Below are positions 8,952 through 19,189 of a stretch of DNA of 64,000 nt, in pieces. The position numbers and the translations under genes were made by a program. Below the pieces are notes generated by a model, which worked only from the letters and a program-made list of their open reading frames with translations, searched no databases and was not told the origin of the DNA. Origin of the DNA: Desulfobacterales bacterium (GTDB taxonomy: Bacteria; Desulfobacterota; Desulfobacteria; Desulfobacterales; G963662235); contig OY759308.1 in NCBI GenBank assembly GCA_963662235.1, positions 182,109 to 246,108 of the forward strand. The letters are read 5' to 3'. How positions within the stretch are numbered: position 1 is the first letter of the stretch; the number at the start of each line of letters is the position of its first letter.

Positions 8952-11492
8952 ATGGATATAAATAAATATACAATAAAAACAAAAGAGGCCTTAAACAAGG
9001 CTTCTCAAATAGCAATAGAAAATGAGAACCAAGAAATAACTTCTCTGCATCTACTTTATGCTATGCTTAATATAAAAGAGAGTATTGTTACTATCATATT
9101 AAAAAAAACAGAAACTAACTTAAATGAATTAATAGAAAATATAGAAAAAGATCTAAGTAAGCTCCCTAAAGTTAGTAACCATACAAACAACTATATCTCA
9201 TCAGAACTTGCTACCCTGCTTAATAAAGCAGAAAAAATAGCAAACGAGTTCAACGATGACTATGTAAGTTTAGAGCATATTTTTATTGCTATTCAAGACA
9301 ATGAAAAGTGTAAAAAATTTTTCTCATCTTTAAATAAAGACGATATCTTAAAAGCCATAAAAGATATAAGGGGAGATAAAAAAATAGATTCAGACAATCC
9401 AGAAGATAAAATGCAAGTTTTAGAAAAATATACTCGTAACATAACAGGTCTTGCTTTGCAGGGAAAACTTGACCCCGTTATCGGTAGAGATGAAGAGATA
9501 CGCCGTGCAATTCAGATTCTATCCCGTAGAAGAAAAAACAACCCTGTATTGATTGGCGAGCCGGGCGTAGGAAAAACAGCAATAGTTGAAGGCTTGGCAA
9601 AAAGAATTATAGATAGAGATGTGCCTGAAATTTTGCAAAACAAAAAAATTGTAGAGCTCGATATAGGGCTTCTTCTTGCAGGAGCTAAATTTAGAGGAGA
9701 GTTTGAAGAACGCTTAAAAAATCTTTTAAAAGAGGTGGAAAATTCAAACGGAAACATTATTCTTTTTATTGATGAACTGCATACAATAGTTGGAGCAGGA
9801 GCACAATCTGGTGAAGCTGATGCTTCTAATATGTTAAAACCTGCACTTGCAAGAGGCACTTTGCATTGTATCGGTGCTACTACCACAGAAGAGTATAAAA
9901 AATATATAGAAAAAGATGCCGCTCTTGAACGTCGTTTTCAGCCTGTTACGATAAAAGAGCCAAATATACAAGATACCATCTCAATCCTTAGAGGCATTAA
10001 GGAAAAGTACGAAATTCATCACGGTTTAGAAATTACTGATGACGCTTTAATTGCAGCAAGCAAACTTTCAAACAGATATATTCAAGATAGATTTTTGCCC
10101 GATAAAGCGATAGATTTGATAGATGAAGCGTGCTCTTCAATTAGAATGCAAATAGACTCTATGCCTCAAGAGATAGACGATTTGAAAAGAAAAATTGAAC
10201 AACTGGAAATAGAAAAACTCTCTTTTAAAAAAGAAAAAAATAACAAGAAGAAAGAGGCTGAAGAAGAAATAGCTAACTTAAAAGAGAAATATAACGTTCT
10301 TTTTTCAAAGTGGGAATTTGAAAAACAGCTTTTAGAAAATGTGAACATAATCTCAAATAAGATAGAAGACACAAAATCTCAAATAGCAATAGCTCAAAGA
10401 AGTGGCGACTTAAATTTGGTTGCAAAATTACAATATGGAACTCTTTATACTCTTCAAAAAGAACTTGAAGAGGCAAAAAAGAAATTGGCGCAAATTCCTG
10501 AAGATAAACAAATGTTACACAAAAGTGTAAATGAACAAGTTGTAGCGAGTATAGTTTCTAAATGGACAGGCATACCTCTTAATAGATTAGTACGTTCTGA
10601 AATGAGCAAGCTTATTAATATGGAAGAGATAATATCAAAAAAAGTTATAGGACAAAAAGAGGGAATTAAAGCTCTTGCAGATGCGATAAGACGTAATAGA
10701 AGCGGGATTTCTGATGCAAATAAACCTATAGGCTCATTTTTATTTTTAGGACCTACAGGCGTAGGAAAAACATATCTTGCTTCAACATTAGCCGATTTTC
10801 TTTTTAATAATAAAAAAGCCCTAAAACGATTTGATATGTCTGAATTTATGGAAAAACATTCTGTTGCAAGATTAATAGGTGCGCCTCCCGGTTATGTTGG
10901 ATATGAAGAAGGTGGAAAACTAACAGAACTTGTACGAAGAGCACCCTACTCTGTTCTTTTATTTGACGAAATTGAAAAAGCACATAGCGATGTTTTCAAT
11001 ATCTTCTTGCAAATTTTAGATGAAGGACGACTTACTGACGGCAAAGGCAGAACAGTAGATTTTAAAAATACAGTTATAATTTTAACCAGCAATATAGGTT
11101 CAGAAAAAATTTATGAGACTCAAAATTTAAACGACATTAAAGATGATATTTTAGAAGATATAAAAAAATATTTTAAACCAGAATTTATCAACAGATTAGA
11201 TGAAATAGTCCTTTTCCATAAACTAAATAAAGAAGAGATTAAAAAGATTGTAGAGCTTCAATTTGAAATTTTAAAAGAGAAGCTTAAAGAGAAAAACATT
11301 GCTGTTAAAATTACAGATAGTGCAATATCAAAACTTACAGAGGATGGGTTTGACCCTCAATTTGGTGCAAGACCCATAAAACGTACTATCCAAAAAAATA
11401 TAGAAAACCTCATTGCAAAAAAGTATCTTGAAGGTAAGATAAAAGATAAAATTAAAATAGATTTCAAAGACGAAAATTTTGTTATAGACTAA
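8952..11492 (+). CDS. clpB: ATP-dependent chaperone ClpB
   Basis: 846 aa with a Clp N-domain. It has two AAA+ modules ([15 protein letters not shown] with Walker B LFIDELH; [12 protein letters not shown] with [10 protein letters not shown]) separated by a long coiled-coil M-domain. Confidence 0.95.
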   Translation: MDINKYTIKTKEALNKASQIAIENENQEITSLHLLYAMLNIKESIVTIILKKTETNLNELIENIEKDLSKLPKVSNHTNNYISSELATLLNKAEKIANEFNDDYVSLEHIFIAIQDNEKCKKFFSSLNKDDILKAIKDIRGDKKIDSDNPEDKMQVLEKYTRNITGLALQGKLDPVIGRDEEIRRAIQILSRRRKNNPVLIGEPGVGKTAIVEGLAKRIIDRDVPEILQNKKIVELDIGLLLAGAKFRGEFEERLKNLLKEVENSNGNIILFIDELHTIVGAGAQSGEADASNMLKPALARGTLHCIGATTTEEYKKYIEKDAALERRFQPVTIKEPNIQDTISILRGIKEKYEIHHGLEITDDALIAASKLSNRYIQDRFLPDKAIDLIDEACSSIRMQIDSMPQEIDDLKRKIEQLEIEKLSFKKEKNNKKKEAEEEIANLKEKYNVLFSKWEFEKQLLENVNIISNKIEDTKSQIAIAQRSGDLNLVAKLQYGTLYTLQKELEEAKKKLAQIPEDKQMLHKSVNEQVVASIVSKWTGIPLNRLVRSEMSKLINMEEIISKKVIGQKEGIKALADAIRRNRSGISDANKPIGSFLFLGPTGVGKTYLASTLADFLFNNKKALKRFDMSEFMEKHSVARLIGAPPGYVGYEEGGKLTELVRRAPYSVLLFDEIEKAHSDVFNIFLQILDEGRLTDGKGRTVDFKNTVIILTSNIGSEKIYETQNLNDIKDDILEDIKKYFKPEFINRLDEIVLFHKLNKEEIKKIVELQFEILKEKLKEKNIAVKITDSAISKLTEDGFDPQFGARPIKRTIQKNIENLIAKKYLEGKIKDKIKIDFKDENFVID

Positions 11493-11500
11493 AATTATAA

Positions 11501-11680
11501 GACCTTTGCACATAGCTCTATTTTTTAATATTTTTGCGGTGCAGTAGTATTTGCATACGTCAAACCCAAAAATATTATAAAAGAGAGCGTTAGTTTTTAG
11601 TGTCATATATATATTATGAACAAGTTATTATTCTACTAAAAAACTGATATTTTTGACAAAAAAATTATGTGCAAAGGTCT
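11501..11680 (+). mobile_element. MITE, subfamily 1, full copy (180 bp)
   Basis: Terminal inverted repeats are GACCTTTGCACATAGC (left) and TTATGTGCAAAGGTCT (right). The internal hairpin is TAATATTTTTG / CAAAAATATTA around the conserved loop GGTGCAGTAGTATTTGCATACGTCAAAC. It lies between clpB and tRNA-Thr. Confidence 0.85.
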
Positions 11681-11693
11681 ACTTCATAAAACA

Positions 11694-11769
<76 letters not shown>

Positions 11770-11961
11770 ATATTAATAGATGTTTTAAGATTTTTTATAA
11801 ATAGTTTTTCGAATGAAAAATCACTACAAGTCACTACATTGTAAAATAACAGTAAATAAACTGATTTGTATCTAAAAAGAGATTTTGCCTTTTAATTTAC
11901 CTCTATTTGTTACAATTTTTTTCTTTGCATTTTCCCTTAAAAGATTTATTATTTGTTCATT

Positions 11962-12171
11962 ATGTTAATTAAAAACAACAAACAAAAAGACAGTTTGGCT
12001 AAATTTTTTTATGATTTAGCGAAGATAGTTGTTGCTATTTTAATCATAGGTCCTGTTACTAAATTGAGTACAGTTCCTGTTTTTTTAATTACAATAGGAA
12101 TAATAGCTTTATTGTTGTTTATTACAATTGCAATCATTTTAGATAATAAGGAGTATAACAAAGATGAATAG
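11962..12171 (+). CDS. Small membrane protein (69 aa), hypothetical
   Basis: ATG at 11962. Two hydrophobic helices (IVVAILIIGPV..., VFLITIGIIALLLFITIAIIL). It is followed by an overlapping 36-aa TM ORF at 12164-12274 with an AAGGAG Shine-Dalgarno sequence. Confidence 0.35.
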   Translation: MLIKNNKQKDSLAKFFYDLAKIVVAILIIGPVTKLSTVPVFLITIGIIALLLFITIAIILDNKEYNKDE

Positions 12172-12374
12172 TGCAACTATAGTCTTTTTATTTCTTTTAG
12201 GTTTTGGCATCATCAGTCTTATATTGGTTTTAACTGATAAAAACTTAAAAACACCAAAATCAAAAAAAACATAAAGATGACGATTTTATGCGGAACGGTT
12301 TGAAACCGTTTCCTGCATACCATTCAAAAACCACCTCAAAAACTATCTTTTTTGAATCTTTATTAAAAAAGGCA

Positions 12375-13241
12375 TTAAAGGCTCAAAAGAAGAAAAAGAC
12401 CTACTAATAAAATCAGAAGAGCTGATACTGTCTCTATTAAAACGTTTATATACAAAAAGCGTTTTGTTTTTTTAACAACTAAGGCTTTTCCCAAAAGAGC
12501 AAATGTCGAAACCAGACAAAGAGACAAAAACATTCCCAAACCTTGAAAAAACGCCGACAAGAACCCAAGCTTTATATAATTTATAGAGATTGCAAAAAGC
12601 ATTATAAGGATAACTCCTGTACAAGGAACTAAGCCTACCGAAAAAGCGGAATAGAGATATGTTTTATCTCTTTTATTTACTTTCTCTACATTTATCTCTT
12701 TTTTAAAAAATTTTAACACATTTTTTAAAAACAGAAACAGTCCAATAAGTGTAATGATAGAGTAACTTATAATTTTAAATTTACTACTTATATCTTCAAA
12801 AGAGCCTGTTATAGTAGTTTTTAAAATGAAATTTAAAAAAAGGATAATAAGAACAGAAAAAAAAATATGCGTAAAAGAGGTAATAGAAGTAAAAATAAGT
12901 GCTTCTTTAAAACTTCTTTTCTCTGCAAGCATAAAAGATAAAGTGAAGAATTTACCGTGTCCTGGCATAAGAGAGTGAAGAAAACCGTATAAAAAAGAGA
13001 CGCCGAGAAAGATTATTAAAAGGTTACTATTTTTTTTTGCTTTTATCTCTCTCATAAAAAACGAGAGTTTTTTATTAAGTTCATACTGATATATTACAAA
13101 CTTTTGAGAAAAAATAGTAGTGGATAAGAATTTATTTTCTTTTGTTTCGATTTTCTCTTTTGCTGTAAAAGGGTTAGCAAAAGCGTTGACTGCAATTAAC
13201 AAAACAACAAAAAACAGAACTTTTTTTGAATTTTTAAACAT
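12375..13241 (-). CDS. NicO/RcnA-like nickel/cobalt transporter permease (COG2215 type)
   Basis: Polytopic membrane protein carrying the family signature HSLMPGHGKF. It is paired with an upstream DUF1007 gene, as is usual for this family. Confidence 0.7.
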   Translation of the reverse strand: MFKNSKKVLFFVVLLIAVNAFANPFTAKEKIETKENKFLSTTIFSQKFVIYQYELNKKLSFFMREIKAKKNSNLLIIFLGVSFLYGFLHSLMPGHGKFFTLSFMLAEKRSFKEALIFTSITSFTHIFFSVLIILFLNFILKTTITGSFEDISSKFKIISYSIITLIGLFLFLKNVLKFFKKEINVEKVNKRDKTYLYSAFSVGLVPCTGVILIMLFAISINYIKLGFLSAFFQGLGMFLSLCLVSTFALLGKALVVKKTKRFLYINVLIETVSALLILLVGLFLLLSL

Positions 13242-13289
13242 TTTTGCTTAATTTAATTATAAAAACCGTCATACTAACTTTCTCATTTT

Positions 13290-13904
13290 TTATGGACGTT
13301 TCATCTCCAAAGTAGTCTCAACAGGGTTGATAGTCATAGCACCATATTTAAAATACTTTTTTTTGTTAACCTTTATCTCTTTTTTTATTTGAAACCCTTT
13401 TGCATTTTTTAAGAAAGTTCCCTTTTTCTTAGCATCAACTAATACAGCATAATAGGTTGGATCGTATTGAGAAAAAACGAACTTTTTTGGGGTTTTTATA
13501 ATGGCAACGTAACAAGGTATAAAGAAAGAGTATCTCACTTTTTTGTCTATAAGAAATGCTCTAAAATTTTTTATATACTGAACCTTAAAAGGTTTTTTAT
13601 CTATTTCAATATCGGTAAAATAGTTATAGTTTTTTAGATAATCAAAATAGTTTTTTTTTATCTCACTTTCCTCGTTCGCTTCAAACTTACCGTTCTTATT
13701 TATATCAAAATCTTCGCTTATCATAACAGAAGAGAACTCATCAAACTCCCAATTTACAAAAACTCCCTCAAGCCCTTTTTCATTAAAAACAAAAACAGTC
13801 TGCTTAGTAATAAACATATGAGGATGAGCACTTAGGTTCCGGGTAGTAAAAAAGAGAGAGACTAATATAAAAAAAACATTAAAATATTGAATAATTTTTT
13901 TCAT
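13290..13904 (-). CDS. DUF1007 periplasmic protein (partner of the NicO-like permease)
   Basis: A signal-peptide-like N-terminus is followed by AHPHMFITKQTVFVFNEKGLEGVFVNWEFDEFSS, the typical DUF1007 start. I prefer the ATG at 13904 (MKKIIQYF...) over 13925. Confidence 0.65.
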   Translation of the reverse strand: MKKIIQYFNVFFILVSLFFTTRNLSAHPHMFITKQTVFVFNEKGLEGVFVNWEFDEFSSVMISEDFDINKNGKFEANEESEIKKNYFDYLKNYNYFTDIEIDKKPFKVQYIKNFRAFLIDKKVRYSFFIPCYVAIIKTPKKFVFSQYDPTYYAVLVDAKKKGTFLKNAKGFQIKKEIKVNKKKYFKYGAMTINPVETTLEMKRP

Positions 13905-13962
13905 AAAATATCTCTTAAAACACATAGTGGAAAAAACTCTTTTCCCAAAAAAACGAACTGTT

Positions 13963-14541
13963 TTATTCTTGATTTTCTTCTATTATTTTTGCCATCCATT
14001 CAGGAATCCTTATTTCATCCTGTGGATAGAACTCCTTTACAAAGGGTTTTATATCAATAACGGGGCTTCCGTTCACAGCATCTAATCCACTTACATACAA
14101 AATGTTTTTCTCCCGTTTGTGCAGTTTTACAACAGTAACAAGAATAGGATTAGGACGCGCTGGGCTACATGTTGAAAAAATTCCAACATTGGGATTTTCT
14201 TTTCTCCCCATAGGATGCACTTTTGTTAAAAGTCGGCTTTTTTCAGGAACCTTGTTTGCCCAATACAAAATTGTAATATGGGAATATTTTTCAATGTCTT
14301 CAATAGTCTCAATCAACTCTTCATTAATAATGATTTCTGAAACTTCCTTGTGCATCTTACGAATATTTCGCCTGACATCATCAAGATCCCCCTTCATTTT
14401 TATACCGTCGTCTTCGGCACTTAGAAAAGGTTTTTTTATCTTATTTTTTATTGTGCCTACTGGTCGAAGCACTATTTGTGATAATTTTTTATTTTGTAAA
14501 GTAGTTACATCTTTTTTAGATTTTTCCAAATTTTCCTCCAT
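13963..14541 (-). CDS. TsaA/TrmO (YaeB) family SAM-dependent methyltransferase-like protein
   Basis: Family motifs are present: VGTIKNKIK..., HITILYWANK, GIFSTCSPARPNPILVTVVKL, GLDAVNGSPVIDIKPF. Confidence 0.75.
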   Translation of the reverse strand: MEENLEKSKKDVTTLQNKKLSQIVLRPVGTIKNKIKKPFLSAEDDGIKMKGDLDDVRRNIRKMHKEVSEIIINEELIETIEDIEKYSHITILYWANKVPEKSRLLTKVHPMGRKENPNVGIFSTCSPARPNPILVTVVKLHKREKNILYVSGLDAVNGSPVIDIKPFVKEFYPQDEIRIPEWMAKIIEENQE

Positions 14542-14592
14542 TAATTTTTGCTATTAGCAACAACATAGAGCTTATCAGAGCTTGACATTTAG

Positions 14593-14789
14593 GAGAGCTT
14601 TGCACAAGCGCATTTTTTAAGAATTTAAAACAAACAATGTTTTTTATTCTTAAGATTTTTTTAAGGGTAAATGCCCTAAAAAGCTTATTATACATAGCTT
14701 GCCTTCTTTTGCCCTTTTTTTTGGTTCGATGTATAAACATACTACTTTACCAAAAAAAAGAACAAAGTCAGGCATTGTTCAAAGCTCTC
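14593..14789 (-). mobile_element. MITE, subfamily 2, full copy (197 bp)
   Basis: Termini are GAGAGCTTTGCACAAGCGC (left) and GCATTGTTCAAAGCTCTC (right). On the minus strand the hairpin is CTTTTTTTTGG / CCAAAAAAAAG around the loop TAAAGTAGTATGTTTATACATCGAA. The flanks read tTTAGg / TTAGGc, a possible 5-bp TSD. The copy sits exactly at the AT-rich / GC-richer compositional boundary. Confidence 0.8.
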
Positions 14790-15914
14790 TTAGGCTAAAA
14801 TTTTGTTGCCCCTCTTAAGAATGCCGTTACCAGTAAATTCATAATAGGCTACATCTGGGGCACAACCCCGACAAAATTGTTGCCCATCGTATTCCACAAT
14901 TCTGTTTGCCATAACACTTTCACCACATTGGGCACAAATAATATTGTCTTCCATGCGGGCATATTCTGGAATAGATGTGTTTACTTCTTTGATAAAAAAT
15001 AGGCTCTCTGGCTTGATGTCGGTCATACGAAAAGCAACTTCTTGAGCAAGCTGAGAGAAACGGGCACGATTTTTTGGTGTGCGTTCTCCTTTTTTTACCA
15101 CCTTGGTAAACATCTTTTGAAATTCTGGGGAGATATCTTGCAGGCGTTCATTAAAATCGGGCTTAACAGCATAACGCACACCATTACCACTGCGGTCGGT
15201 CAAGGTGACAGCGGTTTTGCCATATTCTCGATAAATCAACGAATTGTTGCCAACTGTGCAACCGGTAACAAATTGAATACCATCCACAAAACAACTATTG
15301 ATTTCAACAATTGCCAGCAGCTCTTCCAAACCGTCCGAGATTTCGGAAATATGACTCATAGCATATGTGCCAGCCAACACTCCGATAGCAAGACCTGGAC
15401 AGTAATGCCCGTGTAATTGTCCAGCTTTTAAAAGCAAGGTTTTTATATCTTTGTGTCGTAAGTAGCGAACATATTCTCCGCGAGGATTGCTTTTCAGACG
15501 ATGCTCTTCGATTTTTTTCTGCTCTTCGGTATCCAAACTATTATTATACGGTTTGATATCAAGCACTGGTGTGCCGTCAATAGCATCCAACCCCTTTACT
15601 CGCAACTTACAACCATTTCTTTCCAACAGTTTGACCGTTGTCAGTCCCAAAGCACTCGGTCTTCGTGGACTGCAACACGCAAACACACCTTTTATTGTGC
15701 CGTTGTAGGTTTTCGGCTTCAATACCAATTCCGATGAAGATTGATGAAAATTAAAAATCACCTGAATATAAGGGTTTTCTTCAATACGATACAATCCTTC
15801 CTCAAATTCCTTATGAATGATGATGGTACTCTCCCATTTTCGCATTTCAAATGGATCAGTATGTTTCGTAAAGCGACTTTTGACAACTCCGATTTCTTGA
15901 ATGTGATATGTCAT
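14790..15914 (-). CDS. Fusion protein: TsaA/TrmO-like domain + FmdE-family domain + C-terminal Cys4 zinc ribbon
   Basis: The N-terminal part has IGVVKSRF..., GVFACCSPRRPSALGLTTVKL and GLDAIDGTPVLDIKPY. The C-terminal part has LHGHYCPGLAIGVLAG, FVDGIQFVTGCTVGN and CAQCGES...FCRGC. I prefer the ATG at 15914 (MTYHIQEIG); the longer ORF-track N-terminus overlaps the upstream gene. Confidence 0.75.
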   Translation of the reverse strand: MTYHIQEIGVVKSRFTKHTDPFEMRKWESTIIIHKEFEEGLYRIEENPYIQVIFNFHQSSSELVLKPKTYNGTIKGVFACCSPRRPSALGLTTVKLLERNGCKLRVKGLDAIDGTPVLDIKPYNNSLDTEEQKKIEEHRLKSNPRGEYVRYLRHKDIKTLLLKAGQLHGHYCPGLAIGVLAGTYAMSHISEISDGLEELLAIVEINSCFVDGIQFVTGCTVGNNSLIYREYGKTAVTLTDRSGNGVRYAVKPDFNERLQDISPEFQKMFTKVVKKGERTPKNRARFSQLAQEVAFRMTDIKPESLFFIKEVNTSIPEYARMEDNIICAQCGESVMANRIVEYDGQQFCRGCAPDVAYYEFTGNGILKRGNKILA

Positions 15915-15924
15915 ATTTTTCTCT

Positions 15925-16710
15925 TTATTCTGTAGGGATAATGATAGAATAACCGTGCAGTTCCTCGACTGCCACAGAAACATCATACACAGCAGAAATA
16001 ACTTCGGGCGTAACACATTTTCTATCTCCGGCTGCGAAAATCATACCGTCTTTTAAAAACACAAACTTGTCAGCATATCGCAAAGCCAAGTTAAGATCGT
16101 GCATAGTCATAATGGCAGACACTTCATGTCCCTGAACAATTTTTTTAATCAATGTTAAGATTTCAAGTTGATTTTTTAAATCTAAACTGCTGGTTGGTTC
16201 ATCTAATAATAATACTTCGGGCTGTTGAACCAAAGCCCTGGCAATATTGACTTTTTGCTGTTCACCTCCGCTCATCTCATCTAAATATTGTAGAGATAGT
16301 TGTTCCATATGCAAACTGTCAATAGCACCGTTCACAATTTTTAAATCTTGTTCTGATGTACGCCAAGTGATGTGCGGTCGCCGTCCCAACAAAATTGCAT
16401 CAAACACAGTTATGCGTCCCGGTTGAGTGCGTTGCGAAACATAGCCAATTTTGCGAGCAATCGACATTTGATCAAGTCCCAACACATCCACATTATCCAC
16501 CAAAACAGTTCCAATTTTTGGGCATAAAATAGCGTTCATACATTTAAGCAGTGTGGTTTTACCTACTCCGTTTGGACCTAAAATCGCCAGAAGTTCATGA
16601 TGATTTACAGAAAAATCTATCTCCTTAAGCACTGGTCGACTGCGATATTGAAATGTTACACCGTCCACCGTAAGCACTGCAAAATCTTTCATCTGTTCCT
16701 TATCTTGCAT
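15925..16710 (-). CDS. ABC transporter ATP-binding protein (FecE/FepC/BtuD type)
   Basis: Walker A GPNGVGKTT, signature MSGGEQQKV and Walker B LLLDEPTSSLD are present. It lies in an operon with a FecCD-type permease. Confidence 0.9.
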   Translation of the reverse strand: MQDKEQMKDFAVLTVDGVTFQYRSRPVLKEIDFSVNHHELLAILGPNGVGKTTLLKCMNAILCPKIGTVLVDNVDVLGLDQMSIARKIGYVSQRTQPGRITVFDAILLGRRPHITWRTSEQDLKIVNGAIDSLHMEQLSLQYLDEMSGGEQQKVNIARALVQQPEVLLLDEPTSSLDLKNQLEILTLIKKIVQGHEVSAIMTMHDLNLALRYADKFVFLKDGMIFAAGDRKCVTPEVISAVYDVSVAVEELHGYSIIIPTE

Positions 16711-16723
16711 TAATAATTGCCCC

Positions 16724-17794
16724 TTATCGCCGATAGCCCTTGATAATTAAATAAAGAAACACTGGTGCACCTAAAAACGATGTCAAAATCGCAACTGGTA
16801 GCACATTTGGGGCTAACAGAAGTCGTGCCACAGTGTCTGCGGCTAATAACAACAACCCCCCCAGCACACAACTTCCAGGAATCAAAAAACGGTGATCGTC
16901 ACCGATAAGCCGACGCACAGCATGAGGACACACCAATCCAACAAAACCTATAATGCCTAAAAATCCGATAATGCAAGCTGTAATTAGCGAAGCACAAAGC
17001 ATTCCTATCAGGCGAACTCGTTCAACCGGCACACCTAACCCTTTTGCTTGTTCATCTCCCACATCAATAGCATTGTAATTCCAACTATTCCATATAAAAT
17101 AGAGCGTCACAAGTGTAACTATTCCACTCATCACGCCTAATTCAAGCCAGCTTGTGCGAGCAGTATCGCCGAAAGTCCAAAAGACCATTGCAGCTAATTG
17201 ATTATCATCTGCAAAATATTGTAAAAACATAGTTCCAGCAGTAAACAAAGACCCTAAGGCGACCCCAGCCAATACCATCACTTCGGGCGATGCTTGCCTG
17301 TGTTTGGATATTAGCAAAATCACACCCATCGCCACTATACAAAATATGAACGCCATTAGTGTGGTTAGCGGTAGACTGGTCAGCGTAATCGCATCTGCAC
17401 CAGTGCTATGCATAGCTCCTGTTCCAAGCACCATTACGGAAAATGCCGCACCAAACGCCGCAGCTTGAGAAATGCCCAATGTAAATGGAGAACCAAGCGG
17501 ATTGCGCAGAATAGATTGCATCGACACGCCCGCCACCGATAATCCACAACCTGCAACAATTGCGGTAAGTGCCTGAGGCAACCTGATATTCCAAATTATA
17601 ATATCCCAGCGTTTCGACACACTTTGTCCAATCAAGGTTCTCGCCACATCCAACACAGGAATTCTAACCACGCCAAGAGACACCGATAGAATCAACATAA
17701 ATGTCAGCACCACCAGTCCTATAATAATATAAAGAACTTTTCGGCCAATATACTGCTGATATGCTGTTGGAATTTTTGTATGATCAAGGTGCAT
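16724..17794 (-). CDS. FecCD/BtuC family ABC transporter permease
   Basis: 356 aa, about 9-10 TM segments, with typical motifs RLPQALTAIVAGCGLSVAGVSMQSILRNPLGSPFTLGIS and VAILTSFLGAPVFLYLI. Confidence 0.9.
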   Translation of the reverse strand: MHLDHTKIPTAYQQYIGRKVLYIIIGLVVLTFMLILSVSLGVVRIPVLDVARTLIGQSVSKRWDIIIWNIRLPQALTAIVAGCGLSVAGVSMQSILRNPLGSPFTLGISQAAAFGAAFSVMVLGTGAMHSTGADAITLTSLPLTTLMAFIFCIVAMGVILLISKHRQASPEVMVLAGVALGSLFTAGTMFLQYFADDNQLAAMVFWTFGDTARTSWLELGVMSGIVTLVTLYFIWNSWNYNAIDVGDEQAKGLGVPVERVRLIGMLCASLITACIIGFLGIIGFVGLVCPHAVRRLIGDDHRFLIPGSCVLGGLLLLAADTVARLLLAPNVLPVAILTSFLGAPVFLYLIIKGYRR

Positions 17795-17798
17795 AAGG

Positions 17799-18950
17799 TT
17801 ACTTTGTTTCCACTACAATACGCTGAAATACCGTATTGTTAAACGCTTTGTTCATTTGTGCAAACACCGGTTTGCCCACAAGAAATTCATAGATTTCATC
17901 TGCCTTTATGGCTGGATCAATGTCCTGAAACTGTTTCGGATACAATTTTTTACCAATATAATAGGCATCAGCTAATATGGAACCAAAATTACGGGTGTAC
18001 CAATTATATGGCAAAACACCGTACACATTGTTAGATTTTACAGCTTTCAAAGATTGATATGCTGGATCGTTCTTTAGTTCGTAAATTGCCGTAGCCTTCG
18101 GGTCGGACTGTATAGTAGAAAGATCAACAAACAGCCGTTCTGGGTTCCATTCGATAATTTTCTCTTTGGCAACATCAGCATGCGACAAATTTGCATCACC
18201 CTTCGACGAATCGTACGCCACATTGGCAGCATTGGTAAAAAGAAACGGTGGATACAACGGTTCAGTAGATTGGAAACCATGCGGACCTTTCTTTGCAATA
18301 CCACCGACATAGCAGGAAATCTTGTCGGTCTCCGAAATAGAGCTGGTGCGATTTTGAAGCTCTTTAATGTGAGATTCAAAAAAGGCAATCAGTGCCTCAG
18401 CACGCTCCACTTTTCCCATCACGCGTCCCATAATTCTAAGCGATTGATACATCTGTTTTCGCCCACTACCTGCTAAATCGCCGTATTCCAAAACGATAAC
18501 GGGGATACCAGTTTTTTGTTGTAGCTCTTCCGGATTGTATCCCATTTTCCCATAAGTTTTAAAAATAACCTGAGGTTGTTGTTCAAGTCCAACAATTAAC
18601 TCTGGGTTATCAAACCCACGGAATTCACCAAACAACGGGTATGTTTTGAATTGTGGATTTGCCAAAGCATATGGACGGGCATCAAATTGAGTTTTCTTAG
18701 CTTCAATACTATCAACCGCAACAATGTGGTCTTGAGCCTGAAGGTAGGTAAGATATCGCAAACATCCAGGGCCAGAACAAATTACACGCTTCACTGAAAC
18801 TGGAACGGTTACATTCCGATTCCAACTATCTTCAATTGTTATAGTTTTATCATTTGCGAATGTTTTAACACAAAACAGGCAACTAAGACCTATCCAGATA
18901 CTCAAAACGATTCCACCAATATAACACACCTTCCCAAGTGGTTGTTTCAT
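17799..18950 (-). CDS. Periplasmic substrate-binding protein (class 8 SBP; iron-chelate or corrinoid type)
   Basis: N-terminal signal/TM segment, a RVICSGPG... start and overall FepB/BtuF-like length. It is the first gene of the ABC operon. Confidence 0.75.
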   Translation of the reverse strand: MKQPLGKVCYIGGIVLSIWIGLSCLFCVKTFANDKTITIEDSWNRNVTVPVSVKRVICSGPGCLRYLTYLQAQDHIVAVDSIEAKKTQFDARPYALANPQFKTYPLFGEFRGFDNPELIVGLEQQPQVIFKTYGKMGYNPEELQQKTGIPVIVLEYGDLAGSGRKQMYQSLRIMGRVMGKVERAEALIAFFESHIKELQNRTSSISETDKISCYVGGIAKKGPHGFQSTEPLYPPFLFTNAANVAYDSSKGDANLSHADVAKEKIIEWNPERLFVDLSTIQSDPKATAIYELKNDPAYQSLKAVKSNNVYGVLPYNWYTRNFGSILADAYYIGKKLYPKQFQDIDPAIKADEIYEFLVGKPVFAQMNKAFNNTVFQRIVVETK

Positions 18951-19189
18951 AGCTATCTCCTTTTCTTATTTTTTTCATATCACCTTATATAAGTGCTACT
19001 TTTGAACATTAAATAACAATAAAAATATTTTTTACAATTTAAATTGTTGTTATTATTGGTTTTGTGTCAAAACAAGGAATAACTTTTTAAAAAAAATGGT
19101 GTTTTAAAGGAAGAGAAAAGCGAATAGTTTTAGTGTTTTAGCTCGCTCCCAAGCTCTTAGAGACTGGAACACAATAGTTTTTACAAAAA

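Noticed and set aside
9512-9886. Numerous antisense or alternative-frame ORFs inside long genes. Examples: 9512..9886, 14102..14557, 15042..15416, 25747..26103, 30913..31293, 49476..49817, 52030..52554, 53164..53655, 55396..55869, 57301..57648.
   Set aside because: - They are fully embedded in well-supported CDSs on the other strand or frame.
- Their composition is low-complexity and they carry no recognisable motifs.
18951-19100. Cobalamin riboswitch upstream of the Btu/Fec-type ABC operon.
   Set aside because: The leader is extremely AT-rich. It has no GC-rich B12-box-like core or multi-stem structure that I could see.
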